A stretch of DNA of 64,000 nt, taken from positions 78,306,001 to 78,370,000 of the forward strand of contig OX597825.1 of assembly GCA_951406725.2 (NCBI GenBank), given 5' to 3'. Shown here in pieces: positions 1-10,745 of this stretch. The position numbers and the translations under genes were made by a program. This DNA comes from Octopus vulgaris (taxonomy: Eukaryota). Numbering within the stretch: position 1 is the first letter of the stretch; each line of letters opens with the position of its first letter. The notes beneath the pieces were generated by a model. The model had not been told where the DNA came from, searched no databases, and was given only the letters and a program-made list of their open reading frames with translations.

Positions 1-60
1 CAAAATTTCAAGCCTTGTGCCTTTAGTAGAAAGGAATTATTATTATTATTATTATTATTA

Positions 61-530
61 AGGTGGCGAGCTGGCAGAATTGTTAGCATGCCAGGTGAAA
101 TGCTTAGTGGTATTTCACCTGTTGCTATGTTCTGTGATCAAATTCACCAAGGTTGACTTTACCTTTCATCCTTTCAGGGTCGAAAAATCAAGTGCCAGTG
201 AAACACTGGGGTTGATGTAATCAGTTAGTCCCCTCCCCACAAATTTGAGACCTTGTGTCTCCAGTAGAAAGGATATCATCATCATCATCATCATCATTAT
301 TATTAAGGTGGTGAGCTGGCAGAATCGTTAGCACACCAGGTGAAATGCTCAGCGGCATTTTGCCTGTTGCTACGTTCTGAGTTCAAATTCCACTGAGGTC
401 AACTTTGCCTTTCATCCTTTCGGGGTTGATGAATTAAGTACCAGTGAAACACTGGGGTCGATGTGATCGACTGGTTCCAACTCCCACAAATTTCAAACCT
501 TGTGCCTTTAGTAGAAAGAATTATTATTAT
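61..530 (+). mobile_element. Two tandem tRNA-headed SINEs with Meta-type core (about 61-275 and 306-530)
   Basis: Head ggtggcgagctggcagaat..ttagc (A-box-like), gttcaaattcc (B-box-like), core gtcaactttgcctttcatcctttcggggt..gat..aagtaccag, (TAT)n/(CAT)n tails; family recurs >10 times in the window. Confidence 0.8.
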
Positions 531-744
531 TACTATTATCATCATCTCATCATCTCATCATCTGTGAGCTGGCAGAATTGTCAAAAATTAGGTTTAAAAA
601 ATATGCCAGTTTCTTATACATGGATAGTATTATAGTTCCTTACAAAACCTTTTTTTCCAAATTTTAACCCCCTAAAATTAGGGGGTTCCTTATAAACAAG
701 GGTTCTTTATACATATTAAAATATGGTAATTGGCTATAACCATC

Positions 745-912
745 TTGACCGGGTCCAGCAAGAACATGCTTGGCCATGGGGAAATATTATCTTGCTCAGA
801 AACTGATGGGCGTTGGCAACAGGAAGGGCATTTGGCCTAGAATATCTGCCTCAGTAATCTCTGTCCAACTCATTCAAGAGTGGGAAAATAGACATCAAAA
901 TGATGATGATGA
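745..912 (+). mobile_element. Diverged SINE/LINE 3' tail of RTE type
   Basis: gttggcaacaggaagggcatt...gacatcaaaatgatgatgat resembles the tails at 1340-1570 and 5280-5436. Confidence 0.5.
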
Positions 913-987
913 TTGATATATATATATATGTGTATGTGTGTGTGTCTGTGTATATGTGTATGTATGTGTGTATATATGTGTGTGTAT

Positions 988-1027
<40 letters not shown>

Positions 1028-1339
1028 ATGTATGTATATATATATATATATATGTGTGTATGTATGTATGTATATATATATATATGTGTATGTATGTGTG
1101 TATATATATATATGTATGTGTGTATATATATGTATGTATAGTGTTTTGTTCCATTATTGCAAGGATCAACAAAAAAGTACTCCATTCAGCAAGAGATAAT
1201 TATTATTTAATATACTGGTATTTGCAGGTGGTGAGCTACTGTAAGTTTTATGGTTGGTTTGTGTAGTAGTTGGACTGGCTTGCATGTCATGCCATGTACT
1301 ACCTTGGAATCATTCAGGCTCAAAATATATAATAAGTGC

Positions 1340-1572
1340 AAGCATGGTAACCAGCAGGCTGTAGGGCTGTGTTGAGCTCCAGTATCAGCTTCGGCATGAT
1401 TTCTATGGCTGGATGTCCTTCATAATGCCAACCACATCTGGTCATGGAGAGATATTACCTTAATTGGAAACAGGTGATGGTTGGTGATAGGAAGGGTATC
1501 CAGTCTGGAAAATGTGCCTCGACAAATTCTGTCTGACCCATGCAAGCATGGATAAAGAGGATGATAATGATG
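1340..1572 (+). mobile_element. Diverged RTE-tail SINE
   Basis: gttggtgataggaagggtatccag...cccatgcaagcatgga...gatgataatgatgat matches the 3' tail at 5280-5436. Confidence 0.55.
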
Positions 1573-1635
1573 ATTATGTGTGTGTGGGTTTGTGTATTTA
1601 TCTATATGTAAATAACTTGTTGTTTATTCTTGCAG

Positions 1636-1928
1636 CAAAGAATGAGGAACAGTCTACGGAAACACCGAAATCTAAAGATGCCAAAGCAGATGCCACCACC
1701 AAACCTGTGAATAACACCCCCAACAACAAACAAGTAAAGAAAGGCAACCACGCACAATCGAAATCGAATCCTTACAATTCACGAGGGACGAAGCGCAAGC
1801 ATGAAGAAAGTAACGACAAAAACAAGAACAACAACAACAGAAACAAATGGAAGAAAAGGAAGACTGGTCAAGCAAAGAAATTCAAGAGTCCTAAGAAGAA
1901 ATTCATCCGGAAAAAACAGCAGAAATAA
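1636..1928 (+). CDS. Terminal coding exon of a gene starting upstream of the window; Lys/Asn-rich basic C-terminus, nucleolar/nuclear-protein-like
   Basis: Strong acceptor tgtttattcttgcag|C at 1635/1636 (phase 1); open frame KNEEQSTETPK...KRKHEE...KWKKRK...KKKFIRKKQQK*; AATAAA at 2037-2042. Confidence 0.7.
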
Positions 1929-2071
1929 CAAAATATTAGGAACATTTATTCACATTCTTCATCTAAAGATTTCCAGAAAATGAACTTGTATTATGGCTCC
2001 TCAACAGAAAATGAAATTTTATTTTTCTTGCTGGAAAATAAATTGTGTAAAATTGATAAGAAATATATTTT

Positions 2072-3885
2072 ATAGACTTGAGTTATTTCGTGTTGCAAGA
2101 CAGTGTGTGAGAGAGAATCGCGATGTAGTAGGAGAGAAATGTGTTCGCATGGATGATGGTTCACTTGTGCTAAATGAGGATGCAAAGAGAGAGGCTTGGA
2201 GATGCCACTATGAAAGGTTGCTGAATAAAGAAAATGAATGGGATAAAGAGAGTCTGCCGAATGTCGACCCAACAGAGGGACCAGCTATCCGAGTTGACAG
2301 TTCTTTGGTAGTTAAGGCAATTAGAAGCATGAAGACAGGGAAAGCCCCAGGCCCATCGGGAATTACTGCAGAGATGCTCAAAATATCTGGCAGTGTCGGC
2401 TATAACCTAGTCACCCGTATAGTCAACCAGGTGATACACGAAGGAGTCATACCCAATGACTGGTGTAGCAGCGTACTAGTCAACTGCTACAAAGGTAAAG
2501 GTGATGCCCTAGATACAAATAATTACAGAGGTATCAAGCTGTTGGGTCAGGTAATGACGGTTACGGAGAGGGTCGTATAGCCCAACTGATTAGGGAGAGA
2601 GTCTGCTTGGATGAGATGCAGTTTGGTTTCGTGCCAGGGAAAAGCACGACTGATGCCATATTTCTGGTAAGACAACTGCAGGAGAAATACCTAGCCAAAG
2701 ATAAGCCCCTGTACCTGGCTTTCGTTGACATGGAGAAAGCCTTTGACAAGGTCCCCCGATCCCTTATCTGGTGGTCAATGAAGAAACTAGAGATAGATGA
2801 ATGGTTAGTGAGAGCTGTGCAAGCCATGTACAGGGACGCTGTAAGTAAGGTAAGGGTTGGCAACGAGTACACTGAAGAATTCAAGGTGGAGGTTGGGATA
2901 CACCAAGATTCAGTCCTCAGCCCCCTCCTATTTATCATAGTCCTCCAGGCAATAACGGAGGAATTCAAGACAGGATGCACCTGGGAGCTCCTATATGCTG
3001 ATGACCTTGCTCTAATTGCTGAGTCACTATCAGAACTAGAGAAGTTTCAAATGTGGAAGCAAGTATTAAAATCGAAGGGCCTTAAAATCAACCTAGCTAA
3101 AACCAAAGTCCTAATAAGTAGGAAGGCAGGCAAACCACAAATCTCTTCAGGTAGATGGCCCTGCTCGATCTGTAGTAGAGGCCTAGGTAGAAACTCTATA
3201 AGATGTACCCAGTGTGAGCTATGGACACAAGAGGTGCAGTGATATCAAAGGAAGGCTAACTGGGAAGATAGTTTATGTATGTGGCAGATGCTCGGGCGCG
3301 ATAAACACTGAAAATGTGCAGAGACCAACTTCCGCCACATTCCAGGAAGAAAAACTAGAAGTAGTTGATAGCTTCCGTTACCTAGGTGACCAAGTCAGTA
3401 GCAGGGGAGAGTGCACTGAAAGTGTGGCTGCTAGAATAAGAATAGCCTGGGCAATGTTCAGAGAGATCCTACCTCTGCTGGTGACAAAGGGCCTCTCGCT
3501 CAGAGTAAAAGGTAGATTGTATGATGCATGTGTACAAACAGCCATGCTACATGGCAGTAAAACATGAGCCGTGACTACTGAGGACATGCGTACGCTTGCA
3601 AGGAATGAAACCAGTATGCTCTGCTTGATGTGTATTGTCAGTGTGCATACATGACAGAGTGTAAGCGCCCTGAGAGAAAAGTTGGACCTAAGAAGCATCA
3701 GATGTGGTGTGCAAGAGAGACGACTGCACTGGTATGGTCATGTGTTGTGAATGGATGAGGATAGCTGCGTGAAAAAGTGCCACACCCTAGTGGTTGAGGG
3801 AACCTGTGGAAGAGGTAGACCCAGGAAGACCTGGGATGAAATGGTGAAGCACGATCTTCGAACATTAGGCCTCACCAAGGAAGGC
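2072..3885 (+). mobile_element. RTE-clade non-LTR retrotransposon, 5'- and 3'-truncated, decayed RT ORF with a Cys/His finger after the RT core
   Basis: RT motifs KAPGPSGI, YKGKGD..NYRGIKLL, QFGF.PGKSTTDAIF, FVDMEKAFD, SVLSPLLF, YADD (2994-3005), FRYLG, LHWYGHV, RGRPRKTW; frameshifts near 2580 and 3213, stops at 3565, 3652, 3748. Confidence 0.93.
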
Positions 3886-4151
3886 TGTATGGTAAGACGC
3901 TTGGTTCCGGGATCTAGAATTATCCAGTAATTTTTTGCTAGTTCATCTCGTCCTTTTGTCTTCTCTCCTGGTGCTATATGAACATTTAATGTGGATTTAG
4001 AGTCAAGTTTCCAGCGTGTTGGTATCTCTTAGATACCCTAAATTATAATTTTAATAATAATTATTACGTTTGAAGGTTTTTATTCCCATGCTGGCCACTT
4101 GATATGACAGGTATTTAAATTAACGATCTTATCCTTATTTATATAAATATA

Positions 4152-4461
4152 CTAGCAGTATCGCCCGGCGTTGCTCGGGTTTGTAAGGGAAATAACTATA
4201 TAAGCATTTTTAGAGAGTTACTTCCCTTATATAATAGCGAAAAAAATGCATTAAAAATGCGGAAAAGTGATGGTAAATTTTTTTTTTTTTATCGTAGACT
4301 CATCGTAGACGCGCGCTAATACCCAGAAGGGCTCGATATGAATGACGACTATAAGATACCCGCTTTTGGTTAAAGTGCACCGCAAAATGTGGGAGTAGTT
4401 AGGAATCTAAATCGGAAGAGACAGAGTCTCACACACACAACTTCAATTTTATATATAAAGA
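4152..4461 (-). mobile_element. Non-autonomous Helitron
   Basis: Minus strand reads A|TC...cccgagcaacgccgggcgatactgCTAG|T: 5' TC, subterminal hairpin, 3' CTAG, AT target and no TSD; 3' ~80 bp shared with 48577-48960. Confidence 0.8.
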
Positions 4462-4864
4462 TGTGTGTGTGTGTGGCTCTATATATAGGTTGTATTGTGA
4501 AACACTCCATGCATCAGTTCTCATCAATAGGTTACAATGGCTTCGAGATCTTCCGATAGAACTGCTCCTCCTACCAGTACCAAGAAGCATTGATGCTACC
4601 AAAAACGAAAAAATGCCTGAGTTATATGAATCTACACTGTAATGCAATTTCTCCCTTGTCCTCGATGCAGCCCCAGTAGTAATCTTGAGTGCAGCTGCAA
4701 CCATCCCGACTATGTAGGGATTATTTTGTCCACTAAGGAATTGTTCTTTGCTCTGAGCTTTTCGCCTTCTCAAACCAACACCTGCCACATCCACGCTGAA
4801 GCATTTTCCATTTCGTTCTCTAATATATAAATCATACACATGCACGGATCGAATTTTTATAGCT

Positions 4865-5065
4865 TGTTGAAAAATTCCTTAGATTTTATACTCTAAAATA
4901 AGCGAATACCAAAATTGCCAACAATTTCTTCGCAATACATCATTAATATAGACCGGTGTTTCCCAACCTTTTTTCCCGGTGCGTCACTTTTTAATAACAA
5001 ATTTTCCGGTGCTCCACTTTTTAAAAAAATCTGGTGCCCTTTCAACATATTTTTTTTTAATATAG
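4865..5065 (+). repeat. Left copy of ~200-bp direct duplication flanking a SINE
   Basis: tgttgaaaaattccttaga...tctggtgccc..tcaacatattt is repeated at 5437-5637. Confidence 0.9.
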
Positions 5066-5436
5066 GGTGCCAAGGGCACCATCCGAGCGTGATCGTTGCC
5101 AGAGCAGCCAACTGGCTTCCGTACCCGTGGCACGTAAAAGAGCACCATTCGAGCGAGACCGTTACCAACGTCGCTTCACTGGCACCTGTGTGTAAAAAGA
5201 TTCAAGTGAGGTCATTGCCAGTACCGCCTGACTGGCACCCGTGCCGGTGGCACGTAAAAAGCACCCACTACACTCTCGGAGTGGTTGGCGTTAGGAAGGG
5301 CATCCAGCTGTAGAAACTCTGCCAGATCAAGATTGGAGCCTGGTGCAGCCATCTGGTTCGCCAACCCTCAGTCGAGATCATCCAACTCATGCTAGCATGG
5401 AAAGCGGACGTTAAACGATGATGATGATGATGATGA
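5066..5436 (+). mobile_element. RTE-related SINE/LINE 3' end with (GAT)n tail
   Basis: Internal gtggcacgtaaaa..gcacc repeats; gtggttggcgttaggaagggcatccagctgtagaaac...gctagcatggaaagcggacgttaaacgatgatgat. Confidence 0.75.
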
Positions 5437-5637
5437 TGTTGAAAAATTCCTTAGACTTTATACTCTAAAATAAGCGAATGCCAAAATTGCCAACAATTTC
5501 TTTGCAATACATCATAAATACAGACCGGTGTTTCCCAACCTTTTTTTCCCCGGTGCCTCACTTTTCAATAAAAAATTTTCCGGTGCTCCACTTTTTAAAA
5601 ATTCTGGTGCCCCATCAACATATTTTCTAAAATGTAG
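5437..5637 (+). repeat. Right copy of ~200-bp direct duplication
   Basis: Colinear with 4865-5065 with scattered substitutions; begins exactly at the end of the (GAT)n tail. Confidence 0.9.
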
Positions 5638-6077
5638 AAACACGATCTTCAATTGCCTGGCTGACGGATTCCTCGTTTCAGTAGTGAGCGAAGTTCACTA
5701 CTGCATTTGTAAACGCTTGACACTGGACAATCGATATTGAAGCAGAGAAACAAACGCCTAACAAATGAAGATACCTCCCTCGGTACGCTGATTGGTCGTA
5801 CCTACTCCGATCCCCATGGCTTAAGTATAAATATTATTGCATGGTGATGTTTTGTTTTTTTTTTCATTTCAATGTCCAAAGGTAGTCTTAGGGTCGACAA
5901 GCGTGCGCTCAAGTCACAAAAAATTTCACAACCCACGCCAACGTATGTCCCACTCCAATTTTCCCACACCCCACGTTGAGAAACACAGTTGTTCGTCGGT
6001 ACCCTTATAGGGGACTTCATCCAATTTTGGAATCCCCTCTTCTATGCTGAAACTACTCAACTTTCCACCTTAGGTGT

Positions 6078-6470
6078 TTATTTCCTTTTTATCTCGTTCG
6101 TATTATCAAATACCATCGTATATGTACCATTACCCTTAAAGTTTAAGTCACTTCTCAATCGTAATTCATGCCCTAATATCATTAGATCGTACTTGTTACG
6201 AATGACAAAATTCTCCTCAGCCTTATCCACCAGAACTATAAAGGCATTTATCTCGCAAGGCACTGATATATCTTTTATAGGGGTAAATAAGAAAGCTGAT
6301 GACAAGGCGGAAAGTTATACAAAAACCTTTATATTTCAGGCACAAAGCCCATCCTCGGATGGAAACAGTCTGGCCAATATCCAAATACACAACCTCTGTT
6401 ACCCTACTTAAACTCGTCGACGTTATGTTAGCAACAGTAGCAAACAGAATGCTGTGTTGCTGGACATTCC
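6078..6470 (-). pseudogene. Possible decayed coding fragment, weakly C1q/TNF-like
   Basis: STSLSRVTEVVYLDIGQTVSI, then after a frameshift SALSSAFLFTP..NAFIVLV..TMVFDNT; resembles C1q strand patterns by eye only. Confidence 0.25.
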
Positions 6471-6493
6471 CCCTGACTGTTTCCTTCTGAGAC

Positions 6494-6680
6494 TCCGGTG
6501 CGCTCTCGGCGGCCCTGGAAAATCTGAGTCCGTAACGACTCGCATCTCTCGAGTCGGTCCGTGCCAACCATCAGCAGCAGGTCTCCAAGGTGTACACCCT
6601 CTCGTCGATAGCACCAATGTAAGTAAGGGAAGTCGGCAAAATGGATCCGTACCTTCGGAAGAAAGATTGGCTCCGAGGAC
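6494..6680 (+). pseudogene. 28S (LSU) rRNA-derived fragment, ~185 bp
   Basis: tccggtgcgctctcggcggccctggaaaat...gcagcaggtctccaaggtg...caatgtaagtaagggaagtcggcaaaatggatccgtaccttcgg...gattggctc follows the conserved eukaryotic LSU core; isolated and followed by (CA)n. Confidence 0.88.
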
Positions 6681-6690
6681 CGTGTACGTG

Positions 6691-6721
<31 letters not shown>

Positions 6722-6964
6722 ACACAATAACCAACAACTTTTCACTGGGAAACGAGGGAGCCTCTATATGGTTGTATAACCTGCTGTGAAATATTCGTCG
6801 AATCTCCCTAAATTTACGATTATTCAAATCTTTTAAAAGTGAAAGACTATATCGAAAAATGTAGTTCTAGATACGCAGCGCTCGAAAAATATGCCAAAGT
6901 GGGCACACCTGGAGCATTCCTTCTCCATCAGTCTAACCAACCCTTAAACAACAGCAACAACTGT

Positions 6965-7325
6965 GGAGGCGCAATGGCCCAGTGGTTAGGGCAGCGGACT
7001 CGCGGTCGGAGGATCGCGGTTTCGATTCCCAGACCGGGCGTTGTGTGTGTTTATTGATCGAAAACGCCTAAAGCTCCACGAGCCTCCGGTAGGGGTGGTG
7101 GCGACCCTGTTGTACTCTTTCGCTCCAACTTTCTCTCACTCTTTTTTTCCTGTTTCTTGTCCCCGACTTCCTACGCAACCGCTCAGCCTGGATGCGCATT
7201 CATCCATCAGTCGATGCTCTCGGTGTCGGGGGGGGGGGGTTGACCTGCTTTCTCTTCTGCAGGTCTTACGAATAGCAAAGGACCACGTTTCGGACTTCTC
7301 CCAGGACGAAGACCGCTTTGGCTCA
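6965..7325 (+). mobile_element. tRNA-headed CORE-like SINE (ggaggcgcaatggcccagtgg head, tail X)
   Basis: A-box tggcccagtgg, B-box gtttcgattcc, core gcgttgtgtgtgtttattga; near-identical copy at 17329-17690. Confidence 0.8.
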
Positions 7326-7859
7326 ACAAACAAACAAACAACAACACAGTTCGCTGTGAAAAAGTATTATTCTTTTTTTTTTGTTTTTGTTTTTTTTTTT
7401 CTGTTTTTGCCATTTTCGTTTTGAAGAAATCTGCGGAAATTTTCTGCTATTCTTCCTTAGTTTCGTTGTTAAAATTTTTCTAATTTTTTTTTTTTTTTTC
7501 CTTGACTTTTCCAATCATTTTTCTTTATATTTCTTTATTTCCTTTCCGTAAAATAAACAACAATGGGTTGATGAGATGCCTAAGTTCTTTGTGAAGCGCA
7601 GAATATACACAGAATTCTCTCTCTTTTGTTACACGATTTTTGCTTCAGAAGTTTCTAGAGACACACACACATAATACATACATACACACATTTACCACTT
7701 CGCCACGATATTCTGCCAGACTCCAGAGACTCCAGTTCCTTCCATGCCGGTATCGTTGCTATTATTACCATTATTTCACAGTAAGGGATGAATCGGATTA
7801 TATATGTATGTATACTTTTCTATATTACATCATACAGTTAGCAAGTAACTTCGCCCACA

Positions 7860-8018
7860 ATATATATACATACACAAATACACACACATATACCGGAAGA
7901 AGTATATAGATATATATACACACACACATATATATATATATACACACACATACACACGCACACACACATACACACGCACACGCACACATATATATATATA
8001 TATGTATGTATATATATG

Positions 8019-8049
<31 letters not shown>

Positions 8050-8136
8050 GTATATATATGTATATATATATGTATGTATATATATATATATACATATATA
8101 TATAAATATACATACATATATATATATACATACATA

Positions 8137-8199
<63 letters not shown>

Positions 8200-8235
8200 G
8201 TATATACATATATATATGTATGTATGTATATATAC

Positions 8236-8268
<33 letters not shown>

Positions 8269-8345
8269 CATATATATATGTATGTATATATATATACATA
8301 TATATCTATGTATATATATATATGCATGTATATATATATATATAC

Positions 8346-8379
<34 letters not shown>

Positions 8380-8426
8380 GTATGTATATATATACATTTA
8401 TATATATATATACATACATACATACA

Positions 8427-8460
<34 letters not shown>

Positions 8461-8500
8461 CTTCATCCGGTATATGTGTGTGTATTTGTGTATGTATATG
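7860..8500. repeat. Compound (TA)n/(CA)n/(TACA)n microsatellite
   Basis: Directly visible. Confidence 0.95.
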
Positions 8501-8586
8501 TATTGTAATGGGGTGGGGTCTCGACAAATGTCATTGTTAGATTTTTGGATTTTTTGGGGGTTTTTTTTTTGTTGTTTTTTTGTTTT

Positions 8587-8778
8587 TTAATCCGATATAG
8601 ATAATTTCGTGTCATCTATCCAGCTCGATTGGTTGCTTGGAATTGACATTATAGCAGTTCGAATTTCAGTTAACTTTTCGTACAGTTTGTTCCAGTCAGC
8701 ATGAAGAAGGTTGTAGGCATTTTTCGTGATGTCGTGCTGGGCCTTCTCGCTCTTCACCTGATCTTGAAGTTCGTCTAT
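8587..8778 (-). CDS. Coiled-coil protein gene, exon 7 (terminal): [36 protein letters not shown]...SISD*
   Basis: Acceptor tttttttctatttgtag|ATA, phase 0; 192 nt open to TAA; heptad-like composition. Confidence 0.85.
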   Translation of the reverse strand: MDELQDQVKSEKAQHDITKNAYNLLHADWNKLYEKLTEIRTAIMSIPSNQSSWIDDTKLSISD

Positions 8779-8853
8779 CTACAAATAGAAAAAAACCACG
8801 AAACCTTTACAAATGTTATCGATCATTTACTGTGCTTTCCGGCATACACACAC

Positions 8854-9019
8854 AGGCGCAGGAGTGGCTGTGGGGTAAGTAGCTTGTTTACCAACCACAT
8901 GGTTCTGGGTTCAGTCCCACTGCGTGGCACCTTGGGCGAGTGTCTTCTACTATAGCCTCGGGCCGACCAAAGCCTTGTGAGTGGATTTGGTAGACGGAAA
9001 CTGAAAGAAGCCCGTCGTA

Positions 9020-9050
<31 letters not shown>

Positions 9051-9272
9051 GCGTGTGTGTGTTTGTGTGTCTGTGTTTGTCCCCCTAGCATTGCTTGACA
9101 ACCGATACTGGTGTGTTTATGTCCCCGTTACCTAGCGGTTCGGCAAAAGAGACCGATAGAATAAGTACTGGGCTTACAAAAGAATAAGTCCCGGGGTCGA
9201 GTTGCTCGATTAAAGGCTGTGCTCCAGCATGGCCGCAGTCAAATGACTGAAACAAGTAAAAGAGAAAAGAGA
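8854..9272 (+). mobile_element. tRNA-headed CORE-SINE (aggcgcaggagtggctgtg head), octopus OR-type
   Basis: ggttcagtccc B-box-like, CORE ggcaccttgggcgagtgtctt, internal (TA)n, tail ctccagcatggccgcagtcaaatgactgaaacaagtaaaag. Confidence 0.8.
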
Positions 9273-9310
9273 GTAATACAAGTCAACGTACTATTTTAGT
9301 ATATACATAC

Positions 9311-9510
9311 ACACAAGGGGTTGGTGAAAAGTTCCTATCTTTGGGTAAAAGAAAATACAGGTGGATCAGTTAATTATGATTTTATTGAACATATTACCCT
9401 CTCAGATTTATATACTTATTGCAGCGGTTCTTCAGTTTTTCTAAGCCCTGTAAAAGAACCCGGGGTGTTAGGCCTCCAACCAGCCATTTCATATTTTGGC
9501 ACCCTCTTGT
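9311..9510. mobile_element. Possible mariner-derived non-autonomous element
   Basis: Short inverted ends acacaagggg / ccctcttgtgt; aggggttggtgaaaagttcc resembles mariner TIR starts. Confidence 0.4.
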
Positions 9511-9525
9511 GTGTCTCTCTCCCTC

Positions 9526-9605
<80 letters not shown>

Positions 9606-9608
<3 letters not shown>

Positions 9609-9790
9609 GAGAGTTTACGAATAAAACAAAAGATGAAGGCAAGTGGAGTACAAACAAACAAATGCATTAGTATAACGCTCATGAATAGAAAAAAAGTCTT
9701 TTACGTTTCGAGCCTACGCTCTTCTACAGAAAGATACACAGAAAAAACAAGGAGAGAAAAAATGTGTGTAGTGGCTAACGATCTATCATA
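9606..9790 (-). mobile_element. (TA)n-embedded repeat with a degenerate Penelope-type hammerhead-like motif
   Basis: Minus strand tcttt-CTGTAGAA-gagc gtag gctc-GAAAC-gta-aaaga (9697-9734); homologues at 14571-14765 and 40545-40740. Confidence 0.6.
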
Positions 9791-9830
9791 TATATGGCCA
9801 CAGTCAAATGACTGAAACAAGTAAAGGAGA

Positions 9831-9865
<35 letters not shown>

Positions 9866-9867
<2 letters not shown>

Positions 9868-10128
9868 ATCGCGGTTTCGATTCCCAGACCGGGCTTTGTG
9901 AGTGTTTATTGAGCGAAAACACCTAAAAGCTCCACGAGGCTCCGGCAGGGGATGGTGGTGATCCCTGCTGTACTCTTTCGCCACAACTTTCTCTCACTCT
10001 TTCTTCTGTTGGCCAGCTCGCTTAGCCAGAGGGGTGGCGTCATTTGAAAGCTAAAAACAATGCGAAGCGCATTGTGACCAGCGATGTGTAGCAACATCTG
10101 ATAGCCTGGTCGGTCACGGTGATCACGG
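9866..10128 (+). mobile_element. CORE-like SINE, 5'-truncated, tail Y
   Basis: Same head/core as 6965; tail ggggtggcgtcatttgaa...gcattgtgaccagcgatgtgtagcaacatctga, also at 27771-28065. Confidence 0.75.
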
Positions 10129-10166
10129 CGATATATATATATATATATAAGCAAAAGGTTACTTAC

Positions 10167-10260
10167 TTTAGCCTTTAAATCTTCATATCGAATTTTCATC
10201 CGGCATTTTCCTTCATCCATCTTCTCCTTTAGTGTCGTTATTTTATCGTTCGATTCATCG
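10167..10260 (-). CDS. Coiled-coil protein gene, exon 6: DESNDKITTLKEKMDEGKCRMKIRYEDLKAK
   Basis: Acceptor tctatttacag|C (phase 2), donor AAA|gtaagt (phase 0); 94 nt. Confidence 0.85.
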
Positions 10261-10359
10261 CTGTAAATAGATTCACATTTAAGATAATGTGGGGAGGGCG
10301 AAAGCAACAATAATGGACATGAAGAAAATCCTTTCCTTTGTACTGTCATAATAACACCT

Positions 10360-10745
10360 GGAGGCGCAATGGCCCGGTGGTTAGGGCAGCGTACTCGCTG
10401 TCGTAGGATCGCGGTTTCGATTCCCAGACCGGGCGTTGTGAGTGTTTATTGAGCGAAAACACCTAAAAGCTCCACGAGGCTCCGGCAGGGGATGGTGGTG
10501 ATCCCTGCTGTACTCTTTCACCACAACTTTCTCTCACTCTTACTTCCTGTTTCTGGTGTACCTGTATTTCAAAGGGCCGGCCTTGTCACTCTCTTGTGTC
10601 ACGCTGAATATCCCCGAGAACTACGTTAAGGGTGCACGTGTCTGTGGAGTGCTCAGCCACTTACACGTTAATTTCACGAGCAGGCTATTCCGTTGATCGG
10701 ATCAACCGGAACCCTCGTCGTCGTAACCGACGGAGTGCTTCCATC
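10360..10745 (+). mobile_element. CORE-like SINE, tail Z
   Basis: Head as 6965; tail cctgtatttcaaagggccggccttgtcac...ccgacggagtgct shared with 18998-19320. Confidence 0.8.

Noticed and set aside
6494-6680. Functional rDNA locus
   Set aside because: Only ~185 bp; no 18S, 5.8S, ITS or remaining 28S nearby.
6965-7040. tRNA genes (also 41800-41875 and 19250-19320)
   Set aside because: tRNA-like SINE heads without a complete acceptor stem, fused to SINE bodies.
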